The notes below the pieces were generated by a model. The model worked only from the letters and a program-made list of their open reading frames with translations. It had not been told where the DNA came from and searched no databases. 64,000 nt of DNA, taken from the NCBI GenBank assembly GCA_965178125.1, contig OZ237735.1:1550001-1614000 (forward strand). Direction: 5' to 3'. Source of the DNA: Bilabrum cf. latius. Its lineage: Eukaryota. Of the stretch, positions 53,199 to 64,000 are shown in pieces. The position numbers and the translations under genes were made by a program. Each line of letters starts with the position of its first letter. Within the stretch, counting starts at the first letter, position 1.

Positions 53199-53325
53199 GT
53201 TGCGATTAGGCCCAGCAAGCCCCGAAAGGCAACTTCATTTATAGCGTGTATTTATGAACCACGAAAAACAAGACTGCGTGGCGAGAGGACTCGCGCGTAC
53301 ACGCATCTCAAGGTAGTTTACTAGC

Positions 53326-54772
53326 ATGCAGAAGTTCGGAGACGTGTTCAAGCCTGTCGACGGTGAGTATCTGGGACCTTTTGCAATTTCTCCGTCATTA
53401 TCCGGCCGAAAGCTTCGGAAGTGTCTTGACTTGGAGCTGCTGCGCTGTTGATTGGCTTGTGGCCAAGGGTTTCACGCGTCGTACCTGGTTCTTTCAGCGG
53501 TGTTTCAGCCAGATGGCTCCCATCATTTATTGTTAAAGTTGTTAAGCTTCCAAAAGAGCGCAGATTTCTTCAAGAAGTCTTTCAGCTTCGGCCACAGCGT
53601 GGAGGTTGCTAGCGCCACCGATGCCGGCGTCGTGAGTTTCCCGATTGATCCTACTGCGCTCGTGCTCTTGAATCATTGGTGGCTAGCCATTACCTTTAGA
53701 CAGGTTGTATAAGAATGAACCAGTGCGGCTTGATCATAGGCGGCCTGGGCCTTTCGGCGGCCTTGACTTCTCTTGGTGGCGAGAGCCTTTTGGACCGTTG
53801 AGCTCGATTGGCCGCGAAGTTTATCGCCCATCCTTGCCGATTGTGCGTGCATTCGGCACAGATGTTGGTTGCCCGTGAACGCAATTAGTTTTGACCAGAA
53901 ATCGATGGGCTCTTGCCCCCGAACACTCTTCCATGGAAGATTTGCGACCAGCACCGCCGCTCCCCGTCCTTTGCCGCCTCGATCAATTTTTGCCCCCGCA
54001 GACCGTCACCGGTACCGCCAAGGTGGACGGCTCTAAGTTCAGCAGCAGCCTCAAGGCCAGCAAGTTTGCGTACCAGCGCCTCAATCTCGACAAGTTCGAG
54101 GTGGGCACCGACGGCAAGGTCGCCGCCAAGCTCATCCTCAAGGAGGCCGCCCCCGGCACCGAAGTGACCTTCGAGGCTACCGACGGCACCCGCATGTCTG
54201 CCGCCAAGACCTCCGCCGTGGTGGGCGCCTCCACCAAGCAGTCTGGCTTCACCGGGGATGTGTCCGTGGACGCAGTGACCGCCGCAGTGACCGGTTCCTT
54301 CACCACCGGCTACAAGAACTTCCTCCTTGGCGCCACCGGTTCCGTGGCCACTGGGCTCATGGGCGGCGACAAGGCCGGCCTCACCGGCGTTGACGCCGTG
54401 GTAGGGTACAAGGTGGGCGGCACGCAGCTGGCCGCCAAGACCAAGGACTCGCTCAAGAACCTCCAGATCGGCGTGAGCTCCAACCAGGGCGGCGTGCAGG
54501 TCGTGGGCCGCGTGGGCATGGCCGCCCCCAAGCTGGGATTCTCCGTGGGCAAGGGCAAGGCTCAGGAGGGCGTGACCGTGGAGATCGGCGCCAAGGTGCC
54601 CGTGGACGGCGCCACCGTGTCTGCCGCCGCCGGCATGAACGGCAAGGTGCGCGCCGCCTACCAGCTGAGCGTGTCCAAGTCTGCCTAGCTGACCACTTCC
54701 TTCGAGGTGAACGCCGCCAGCATCGAGTCCGACGACCACAAGATCGGCACCAAGCTGGCCTTCGCCTTCTGA
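53326..54772 (+). CDS. VDAC: Mitochondrial porin (VDAC)
   Basis: Exons 53326-53362, 53564-53631 and 54002-54772 give MQKFGDVFKPVDDFFKKSFSFGH, amphipathic beta-strands and C-terminal HKIGTKLAFAF then TGA. In-frame TAG at 54686; strong C/G-ending codon bias. Confidence 0.82.
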
Positions 54773-55136
54773 GTCGGCTAGTGAGCGAGTGACGAGCGGG
54801 CGAGCGATGGGGGAGCCTCGGAGCTAGCCAGCCGGTCAAGGTCAGAGTGGCGTTTTTTTCCCCTCTTTCTCCTTCGGGGCGGGCATTGGGCCCTGGCCTG
54901 GCGGGAGTGAACAGACACGAGAGAGTTGGTGTTTTTGTGTGTGTGCTGCCAGTGTCGGTCCAGATCCACATGTGTTCCCATCGCCGTACTCGCGTGGCTC
55001 GGCCGGAGCCCCGGCTGATGAAGTGGAGTGCACGCAAAGCCATATCTCTCGATTTCCACTGCAAAAGCTTTCGGCTGCTTCACTATTCGAGGCAGTAATA
55101 CGCAGTAGAGCGCGTTTGCAGTAAGGCACTACGCAG

Positions 55137-55470
55137 TCACCCGAGCACACCGCCGCCTCCGCCAAGGCCTCCCCGCACCGCCAGCACCGCAGTCAGGGCC
55201 TGGTGCACATCTCGCGCCATGGCCGCGCCGTCACCGCCCATGTACACGTAGTTGCCCTCCTTCACGATGAGCTGCCTGAGCCTGTCGGCCACCTGAGGCT
55301 CCAGCATGCGGTTCCACACGGACGTCCTGGCTCCCTCCACCAGGCCAGAGCCAGGCGGGGCACTGTTTTAGGAGTTGAGGAAGCAGAGTACGCATCCGCG
55401 CTGGCAGATGGCGACTCGGAGGGACCCACCGGCCCGTCGCATGTACATCCAGCCACATTGAGCACTTTTG
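55137..55470 (-). pseudogene. Diflavin reductase (MTRR/CPR-like) C-terminal fragment, copy 1
   Basis: EGNYVYMGGDGAAMARDVHQAL resembles the NADPH-binding domain. Isolated fragment, near-identical to 58680-58855. Confidence 0.6.
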
Positions 55471-55834
55471 TCGGACAGTGCCCTTGGTCTTCCGATTGTG
55501 CCGAGCTCTCTTCTTTCAATTTAAAAAATCGAACGTCGTGACACAAATGAAGATGAAGATGCCAATCAGGCGAGGCGACGAGACCTCTGAAATTCGTCTT
55601 GTTTCGTCTTTTAAGTCTCTATCTTGGCATTATCATTTGGATTAATCGACAGAAGCTTCGAAACGAGGTTGGGCAGAATTGACTCGACTCTTGTAGGGTG
55701 CCAGATCGCTTCAAGCTCGTTTGGTTCGCCGGTCGCTGGTTTTCGTTCGTTAATAGTCGGCAGCCAGCAGGCCTGTTATAAATATACATACAAGTATAAA
55801 TTACAAACGTGAAAGTACAGTCCACCCAATCGCC

Positions 55835-57109
55835 ATGGAGCAAGCCGGTCCAAGTTCCGAGGAGGTGATCGATCTCGTCCACAGCGACTCGAGCGAGAGC
55901 TACAACTCCGAAAGTGATTTCGCAGTCCCCGGCAGCGGCAGCGGCACGAGTGCAGTAGCAAGACTATGGACTCGCGCTAGCAGGCATGGCAACCGTGGTG
56001 TGCATTCGAAAGGCAGGGCGCGGTACCCACGTCGCGATCCAGCTGTGGCCATCGTCAAACCTCAGTCCAGAAGTCCCGTGTCCTCTGTGGCGTCAGGGTC
56101 ATCCAGCAGCAGCAGCAGCAGCGCAGTATCGCAGCAGGCGGTGCAATCATCGATGAAGGCGAGCTCAGGTGCAACTGCAGGCGACAGCAGCAGCGCCTCT
56201 CTGGGGCAGAAACGCGGCAGGCAGGCAGTGTCGCGTGTGGAGGCAATGGACGTCTGCTAGGATGGAAGGGCGAAGAGGCGGCGGAGAGAAGCAGCTGGAA
56301 GTGTGTCAGCTGCCGGGTATGCGTGCGAGGTATGCAGGAAAGTGCTGAGCAGCATGGCCAGCTTGAGGAGGCACATGTCCACTGTGCACTTGGGCGAGCG
56401 GAAGCACGAGTGCAGTGTGTGCGGCAAGTCGTTCGGGGAGGCAGGCAATCTCAGGACGCACATGTCCACTGTGCATCATGGCGAGCGCAAGCACGAGTGC
56501 ATGGAGTGCGGCAAGTCATTCGGGCAGGCAGGCCATCTCAGGACGCACATGTCCACTGTGCATCTGGGGTAGCGCAAGCACGAGTGCATGGAGTGCGGCA
56601 AGTCATTCGGGCAGGCAAGCTCACTCAGGACGCACATGTCCACTGTGCATCTAGGCGAGCGGAAGCACGAGTGCATGGAGTGCGGCAAGGCATTCGGGCA
56701 GGCAGGCTCACTCAGGACGCACATGTCCACTGTGCATCTAGGCGAGCGGAAGCACGAGTGCATGGTGTGCGGCAAGGCCTTTGGGATGGCAGGCAATCTC
56801 AGGACGCACATGTCCGTAGTGCATCTGGGGTAGCGCAAGCACGAGTGCATGGAGTGCGGCAAGTCGTTCGGGCAGGCAGGCAATCTCAGGACGCACATGT
56901 CCACTGTGCATCTAGGCGAGCGCAAGCACGAGTGCATGGAGTGCGGCAAGTCATTCGGGCAGGCAAGCTCACTCAGGACGCACATGTCCACTGTGCATCA
57001 TGGCGAGCGCAAGCACGAGTGCATGGAGTGCGGCAAGTCATTCGGGGAGGCAGGCAATCTCAGGAGGCACATGTCCGTAGTGCATCATGGCGAGCGCAAG
57101 CACGAGTGA
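55835..57109 (+). CDS. C2H2 zinc-finger array protein, 9 fingers (87-nt units)
   Basis: Ser-rich N-terminus and basic NLS-like KRRRR; units CxxC-GKSFG-xxxx-LRTH-MSTVH-LGERKHE. In-frame TAGs at 56258, 56570, 56831; ends TGA. Confidence 0.88.
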
Positions 57110-57264
57110 AAGGTCTGGGAGGTCGAACTCTTCCTAGATGCTCCCGCGAATGTGATGAAGTACCAGCAATGGCAGCTTTTTCCAAGTCTTGTTGTATTTT
57201 CGTGGTCATCAGGATAGAAGCGACGGGGAGCAGAGGTGAGCCGGAAGACGAGGTGAGTGCAGGA

Positions 57265-58063
57265 GGGCAGGAGGTGAAGAGGGACAAAGAGGGACACACC
57301 GGCACAGGAGGACAGGAGGTGGAGAGGGACAAAAGAGGGACACCGGCACAGGAGGACAGGAGGTGAAGAGGGACAAAGAGGGACACACCGGCACAGGAGG
57401 ACAGGAGGTGGAGAGGGACAAAGAGGGACACACCGGCACAGGAGGACAGGAGGTGGAGAGGGACAAGAGGGACACACCGGCACAGGAGGACAGGAGGTGG
57501 AGAGGGACAAGAGAGACACACCGGCACAGGAGGACAGGAGGTGAAGAGGGACAAAGAGGGACACACCGGCACAGGAGGACAGGAGGTGGAGAGGGACAAG
57601 AGAGACACACCGGCACAGGAGGACAGGAGGTGAAGAGGGACAAAGAGGGACACACCGGCACAGGAGGACAGGAGGTGGAGAGGGACAAGAGAGACACACC
57701 GGCACAGGAGGACAGGAGGTGAAGAGGGACAAAGAGGGACACACCGGCACAGGAGGACAGGAGGTGGAGAGGGACAAGAGAGACACACCGGCACAGGAGG
57801 ACAGGAGGTGAAGAGGGACAAAGAGGGACACACCGGCACAGGAGGACAGGAGGTGAAGAGGGACAAAGAGGGACACACCGGCACAGGAGGACAGGAGGTG
57901 GAGAGGGACAAAGAGGGACACACCGGCACAGGAGGACAGGAGGTGGAGAGGGACAAGAGGGACACACCGGCACAGGAGGACAGGAGGTGGAGAGGGACAA
58001 AGAGGGACACACCGGCACAGGAGGACAGGAGGTGGAGAGGGACAAGAGAGACACACCGGCACA
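57265..58063. repeat. Purine-rich minisatellite, about 18 units of 43-45 bp
   Basis: Unit ggaggacaggaggtg(g/a)agagggacaa(a)gagggacacaccggcaca, with alternating length variants. Confidence 0.95.
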
Positions 58064-58520
58064 GATGACGACAGTGCGGTGTCAAAAGGGAGAACACAAC
58101 GGGAGGAACGGGGGCTCCAGGTGCAAGGCACGAGGAAGACCCGAATGGTAGCGGCCTGCATGGCCAGCAACGCGCAGAGGGCCAACAGGCGGGTGGAAAG
58201 ATGGGGCGCACGGCAGGTCGGCCAGGACCGGCGCGTGCGGGCTGAGAGGATAGGGCCAAGGTGGCGATGCAGGGAGCAAAGCACACGGTCCCTAGGGCGG
58301 CGAACAGGAACAGGAAGCCATGTGGCGACGAGGCCAGTCGCGTGCATTGGGAAAGTGGCGTGTACATTCGTAGTGGGCCAGATGAATACCGCATTCAGGC
58401 GGACCGGTGAAGAACCAGTCGTTCGGGGTTAAGCCCAGAGGGTCGGCGGGACCGGGGGCAGGAAAGTTTCTTAACATGGGCTCCCTGCCGCTGTGCATCT
58501 TTGTCTGTGCAATGCCTGGC

Positions 58521-59659
58521 TCAGGACCAGATGTCCCGCACATACCTGCCCTGCTCCATTATGCTCACCAAAGCGCGCTGAGACTCGCCCATGCCAGGCA
58601 GAGCCTTCACGCTCGCCTGCAGCACGTCGGAGGCCCGGCCCCCGCTGCCATCGGCCCGCACCGCCGCCTCCACCACGGCCTCCCCGCCCGCCAGCACCGC
58701 AGTCAGGGCCTGGTGCACCACATCTCGCGCCATGGCCGCGCCGTCACCGCACCATGTACACGTAGTTGCCCTCCTTCACGATGAGCTGCCTGAGCCTGTC
58801 GGCCACCTGAGGCTCCAGCATGCGGTTCCACACGGACGTCCTGGCTCCCTCCACCACGCCCTGAATGCCATCGTCATCGTCGTGCCTCCGGTCATGCGCC
58901 GGCTTGCCGCTGCGGCCCTCCCGACTGAAGGCGCAGTGCAGCTCGGTGGGGTCGCCCCCTTGCAGCAGCGAGGCCCAGTCGCGCCGAGATAGAAAGTCGC
59001 AGCTGCTCCTGCTCCTGCGGTTGCCGAGCAGCAGCAGCACGTCGCCCGCCGGCACGGCCGGCCTGCCGCCCATCATCGGCACCTGCTCGGGGTTGGACGC
59101 CAGCAGGCCAGAGGACCTGAAGCGAGCGATGGGGGCTGCGCGAGTCGGCGCACTCCGCGGCTTCCTCCCGATCCAGCGCGCGCATCAGCCGATACACCGC
59201 CGCGATCTCCCTCGGGGGCGCCTGGAAGCTGGCACACGTGCCCAGAGCCAGGCGAGACCGGAGGCGAGCCGGGCCCAGGAGAGCAGCCGCGCCGGCGGAG
59301 GGCGACTCGGATGGACCCGCCGGCCCGTCGCAGACGCTTCCAGTCACGTTGAGAACGGCGGCAGTAGCAGCGGCAGCCATCCGCGCGCTGGCAACCGCTG
59401 CTGCCTCGGCCTTGGCAAGCTCGTCGCTCCTCACCGATGCCTTGTCGCCTGGAAGCTGCACTGCATCCGCGATCAGCTCGGCAGACCTGGCAGAGGGAAT
59501 GCCCTGCGTGGACACGTGCAACATGCCCGCACCAGCACCGTTGGTAGATGTCGCTCCACCGAGCGGCGAAGCTCCCCCGATCCAGCAGCTGGGAGCTCCC
59601 CTGCAGGGACGGTCCCAATTTGTAGGTTCCGCTGTCAGTGCGCGGTGAGTGGATGACAA
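58521..59659 (-). pseudogene. Diflavin reductase (methionine synthase reductase-like) 3' fragment with frameshifts, copy 2
   Basis: LLLLGNR..DFL..LHCAFSRE, MARDV.HQAL and terminal GRYVRDIWS lie in different frames. It has a 1-nt insertion relative to copy 1 near 58750. Confidence 0.65.
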
Positions 59660-59897
59660 GATCTCTCGATTTCAACTCATTCCGTCTTCAAAGCCTCGAT
59701 CTTGGCGTTGGCATTTGACTTGTTCGAGAAGTGCTCCGAGACCAGGTCGGGCGAAATCGAAGTAGACCAGTCTACTGCAGGGACTTCCAGCTCGTTCTGT
59801 TTGTCAGTCGCTGGTTTTCGTTCTGCAGCCGCCAGCCAGTCGGCCTGATATAGAGATACAAGTTACACACGCGGAGCATCGACTGCCCAATAGCGCC

Positions 59898-61328
59898 ATG
59901 GCGCAAGCCGGTCCAAGCTCCGAGGAGGTAATCGACCTCGTCCACAGCGACTCGAGCGAGAGCGACACCTCCGAGAGTGATTTCGAAGCCCCCGATAGAT
60001 GCATCGGGATAAGCGAAGGAATAAGAGAAAGGACTCGCAGTAGCAGGCATGGAAACCGTGGTGTGTATGCGAAAGGCAGGGCGCGGTATCCACGTCACGA
60101 TCGGTCTAGTAGATATAGTCCTGTGTCCTCTGTGGCGTCAGGGTCATCCAGCAGCAGCAGCAGCAGCGCAGTATCGCAGCAGGCGGTGCAATCATCGATG
60201 AAGGCGAGCTCCGGTGCAGCTGCAGGCGACAGCAGCAGCACCTCTCTGGGGCAGAAACGCGGCAGGCAGGCAGTGTCGCGCGTGGAGGCAATGGACGTCT
60301 ACTAGGATGGTAAGGCTAAGAGGCGGCGGAGAGAAGCGGCTGGAAGTGTGTCAGCTGCCGGGTATGCGTGCGAGGTATGCGGGAAAGTGCTGAGCAGCAT
60401 GGCCAGCTTGAGGAGGCACCTGTCCGTGGTGCATCTGGGCGAGCGCAAGCACAAGTGCAGCGTGTGCGGCAAGGCATTCGGGCGGGCAAGCAGTCTCAGG
60501 ACGCACATGTCCACTGTGCATCATGGCGAGCGCAAGCACGAGTGCATGGAGTGCGGCAAGGCATTCGGGCGGGCAAGCAGTCTCAGGACGCACATGTCCA
60601 CTGTGCATCTGGGCGAGCGCAAGCACGAGTGCAGCGTGTGCGGCAAGTCATTCGGGCTGGCAGGCTCACTCAGGACGCACATGTCCACTGTGCATCTAGG
60701 CGAGCGCAAGCACGAGTGCAGCGTGTGCGGCAAGTCATTCGGGCTGGCAGGCTCACTCAGGACGCACATGTCCACTGTGCATCTGGGGTAGCGCAAGCAC
60801 GAGTGCAGTATGTGCGGCAAGTCATTCGGGCAGGCAGGCTCACTCAGGAGGCACATGTCCGTGGTGCATCTGGGCGAGCGCAAGCACGAGTGCATGGTGT
60901 GCGGCAAGGCGTTCGGGCTGGCAGGCTCACTCAGGACGCACATGTCCACTGTGCATTTGGGGTAGCGCAAGCACGAGTGCAGCGTGTGCGGCAAGTCATT
61001 CGGACAGGCAGGCCATCTCCGGACGCACATGTCCACTGTGCATCTGGGCGAGCGCAAGCACGAGTGCAGCGTGTGCGGCAAGGCATTCGGGGAGGCAGGC
61101 CATCTCAGGAGGCACATGTCCACTGTGCATCATGGCGAGCGCAAGCACGAGTGCAGTGTGTGCGGCAAGGCGTTCGGGCAGGCTGGGACTCTCAGGAGGC
61201 ACATGTCCGTGGTGCATCATGGCGAGCACAAGCACGAGTGCATGGTATGCGGCAAGTCATTCGGTGTAGCAGGCAATCTCAGGAGGCACATGTCCGTGGT
61301 GCATCATGGCGAGCGCAAGCACGAGTGA
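59898..61328 (+). CDS. C2H2 zinc-finger array protein, 11 fingers; paralog of 55835-57109
   Basis: Same N-terminus (QAGPSSEEVIDLVHSDSSES) and same 29-aa unit. TAGs at 60303, 60789, 60963; ends TGA. Confidence 0.88.
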
Positions 61329-61468
61329 AAGGTCTGGGAGGTTGAACTCTTCCTAGATGCTCCCGCGAATGTGATGACGCACCAGCAATGGCAGCTTTTC
61401 TCAAGTCTTTCTCAAAATGGGCTTCCTACCTCTGTGCATATTTGCCTGCCAGTGTGTCATATTGCCGC

Positions 61469-61670
61469 TCAGGACCACATGTCCCGCACATACCTCCCCT
61501 GCTCCATCATGCTCACCTGAAGGCGCAGTGCAGCTCGGTGAGGTCGCCCCCTTGCAGCAGCGAGGCCCTGTCGCGCCGAGATAGAAAGTCGCAGCTGCTC
61601 CTGCGGTTGCCGAGCAGCAGCAGCACGTCGCCCGCCGGCACGGCCGGCTTGCTGCCCATCATTGGCAATG
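61469..61670 (-). pseudogene. Internally deleted third copy of the diflavin reductase fragment
   Basis: Matches ~58521-58570 joined directly to ~58925-59080. Confidence 0.6.
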
Positions 61671-62564
61671 GCTTGGGGTTCGATGCTTCGTGGCTCGGAG
61701 GTATGCTGTCCCCCATCGCCCTCGTGCTGCTCCTACTCGCTGTCCTGCAGCTCCTCGCGAGCCTTTGTGCCGCCGAGCAACGCCTCGCTGCTGGTGTTCT
61801 TGGGCCCGTCCACCTTGCAAGCGTCATCCTCCTCGTGCTCGTTGTCCTGACAACAAATCTTGTTATATGGACTCGGACATCAGGATTGAAGCAACGGGGA
61901 GCAGAGGTGAGACGGAAGACGAGGTGGGCGCAGGAGCACAGGAGGTGGAGAAGAAGAGGGGGACACCGGCACAGGCGACGACAGTGCGGTGTCAACAGGG
62001 AGAACACAACGGGGGGAAGGGGGCTCCAGGTGCAAGGCACGAGGGAGACACGGGTGGCAGCGGACTGCATGGCCAGCAGCACGCAGAAGGCCAACAGGTG
62101 GGTGGACAGATGGGGCGCACGGCAGGTCGGCCAGGACCGGCGCGTGCAAGCTGAAAGGATAGGGCCAAGGTGGCAATGCTGGGAGCAAAGCACACGGACC
62201 CTAGGGCGGGGAACAGGAACAGGAAGCCATGTGGCGACGAGGCCAGTCGGGTGCATGGGGAAAGTGGTGTGTACATTCGTAGTGTCAGATGAATACCGCA
62301 TTCAGGTGGACCGGTGAAGAACCAGTCGTTCGGGGTGAAGCCCAGTGGGTCCGCGGGACCGGGGGCAGGAATTTTTTCTGCAACTCATCTACAAGCACGA
62401 TCGGCGATCGAGGCACCCGGAGCCGTCTGCCCAAAGTGACAAAGTCCCTCCAATCCATGTGCGTCCAGTTCCCTTCTCGCACATCACTGTCTCTACATGC
62501 CTGCACCGCACATATTATTGGAATTAGGCTGGCCAGCTACACGTCCTGACTGGCAGAATGGCAA

Positions 62565-64000
62565 TTAAACCGAGTCGGCCCCTCCCTTGTAGAACAGGAA
62601 GATCTCCCAGGTCCCGAAGAAGATCTCAAGGGCGACTTCTGCCACGATGAGCCAAATGACAATCCACTCGAGTCTGCTTGAGTGCTACGCCTCCAGCTGC
62701 GTGGACAGCATCTCCAGAAGCTCCCGAATGACATCTAGCCGCTGGTTCAGGAGGTCAACCCGCCGCTCGATGTCCAAATAGGACTGCATCCTCTCGAAGA
62801 TTGGCTCGAACTCGTCCGACTCCCAGAGGAATTCCGGGGTATCCAACAAGTCCGACGTGTTGATGGTGTTTCTCTCCACGAAAAGGAGCCCGATCTTCTT
62901 GGACACGTCCAGCTCGGACAAGCCGACGCGCCCAGTCCTCGCTAGCTCGATCGGCACGCTCTGGGTCTTGGAGATCGTCCTGTTGACACGAGTCTCTAGC
63001 ACGCTCAGCTTGACGCTCTGTGCAAAGGCATACGAAGCAGCCAGCCTCTCGATGGGGTCGTTCGTCCCCAGCACCACCTCGTCGCTGACCACGCGGCTCT
63101 TGGCGCCGTGGCTGAACTCCATGTCGTCGCATTCGATCTCAGACACGGGACCCAGCACCAGGCCCCCGCCCGTCCCACTCGCCCCGCGGCCGAAGGCAGC
63201 AGACAGGAAAGTACCGGTACCGGTTCTGCCCGTGGCTACTGATGCAGACGAATCCTGCTTCCGGAGCACATGCTCGGGGGCAAGCATGGCGGCACCCATA
63301 GCACGCCTGCGGAGTCCATCGGCTCCCGCAGAGTGGTTGACGCTCACTGCGCTGCCGGTGACTGCTTGCATCCCTCGGTGGCTCCACGACTGCCACCCGT
63401 CGCCTTGCTGATGCTGCTGCTGCTGCTGCTGATGTTGTTGTTGTTGAAATCCGTGACCAGCACTGGTGGCGGACCTGCCCCCGGGTTTGCCCATGGCCAG
63501 CCGGGAGGACCCCAGCTGGGAGCGAGATGCACCACTGCCACCTGCACCTTGCCCAGGGGTCCCTGGCCCGACGCCGGAATCGGCTCCGGATCCCGCCAGG
63601 GAATCGTTCTGAAGCAGGGAGGCCGTCGCGGACGCACCACTGCCTGCTCCTCCGTGCAAGGACCCGATCGATCGGATGGGCGACTCCTAAGTGGCGGTGG
63701 TTGAGCTCGGGCCAAGCTCCAGCCCGATCCCGCTCGAGTCGTGGTGGGCAGCAGCAGCCAAAGAGCCATGCTTTCCCTCATGTGATCGGCCGCCGTCTTG
63801 TTCCTTGGTCTCCTCGGAGACGTTGTTCCCTGAGCCGGAGGAGCGGCTGCCCGCGTTGGCCCGCTCCAGCCGGATAGCGCGAACCTCTGCCTCAGCCTCC
63901 GCCGCGGCCGCTGCGGCCTCCTCTGCGGTCTGCTCCGCAACTGCTTTGTCGTAGAGGAAATCTATCTCTGGGTATATGCTGTCCCGGTCCCCGTCATCGT
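62565..64000 (-). CDS. RMD1/DUF155 family protein, 3' part (start lies beyond the window)
   Basis: SYAFAQSVKLSVLE, LLDTPEFLWE, YLDIERRVDLLNQRLDVI, LEA*HSSRLEWIVIWLI (TM helix). TAGs at 63687 and 62685; ends TAA at 62565. Confidence 0.88.

Noticed and set aside
53632-54001. snoRNA in the longer (~370 nt) introns of VDAC or LSM14 (33488-33858)
   Set aside because: No convincing C/D or H/ACA box arrangement seen by eye. An Infernal/Rfam search would be needed.
56324-58063. CRISPR array
   Set aside because: The 87-nt units are coding zinc fingers and the 43-45-bp units are head-to-tail without unique spacers. The context is eukaryotic and there are no cas genes.
57060-58394. Cys/Pro/Leu-rich ORFs in all three minus frames
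   Set aside because: They are artefacts of translating a minisatellite that has no stop codons on that strand.

Overview
GC-rich, gene-dense eukaryotic nuclear DNA from a protist. It has short GT-AG spliceosomal introns, compact head-to-head gene pairs, and centriole/flagellar genes (CCDC61, MOK). The main result is that the window uses a non-standard genetic code. TAG occurs in frame dozens of times inside otherwise intact conserved genes. It aligns with Gln at diagnostic positions: NF-YB TV*ECVSEF, MOK YSS*PYTEY, CCDC61 IDDRLRKL*DFL, LSM14 DL*V, and a CAG/TAG-mixed polyQ run. Every gene end I could trace is TGA or TAA. This points to UAG=Gln with UAA still a stop (table-15-like), an uncoupling of UAA and UAG that is very rare in nuclear genomes. 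Reading TAG as Gln merges the fragmented ORF track into about 22 genes: AQR, IleRS, a pectin-acetylesterase/GH55-like fusion, a 2078-aa orphan, LSM12, phospholipase B, CCDC61, a kinase, MetAP2, MOK, NF-YB, LSM14, a PsuG-PsuK fusion, an ankyrin protein, GH27, a beta-hydroxyacid dehydrogenase, threonine dehydratase, AcpS, an unknown membrane protein, VDAC, two C2H2 arrays and an RMD1-family gene. The window also holds a 3.2-kb element bounded by hairpin-rich 51-bp inverted repeats, and a shuffled segmental duplication with C2H2 genes, reductase pseudogene fragments and a minisatellite. Family assignments come from motif recognition, not database searches. The organism is not identified; a Cafeteria-like stramenopile is only a guess.
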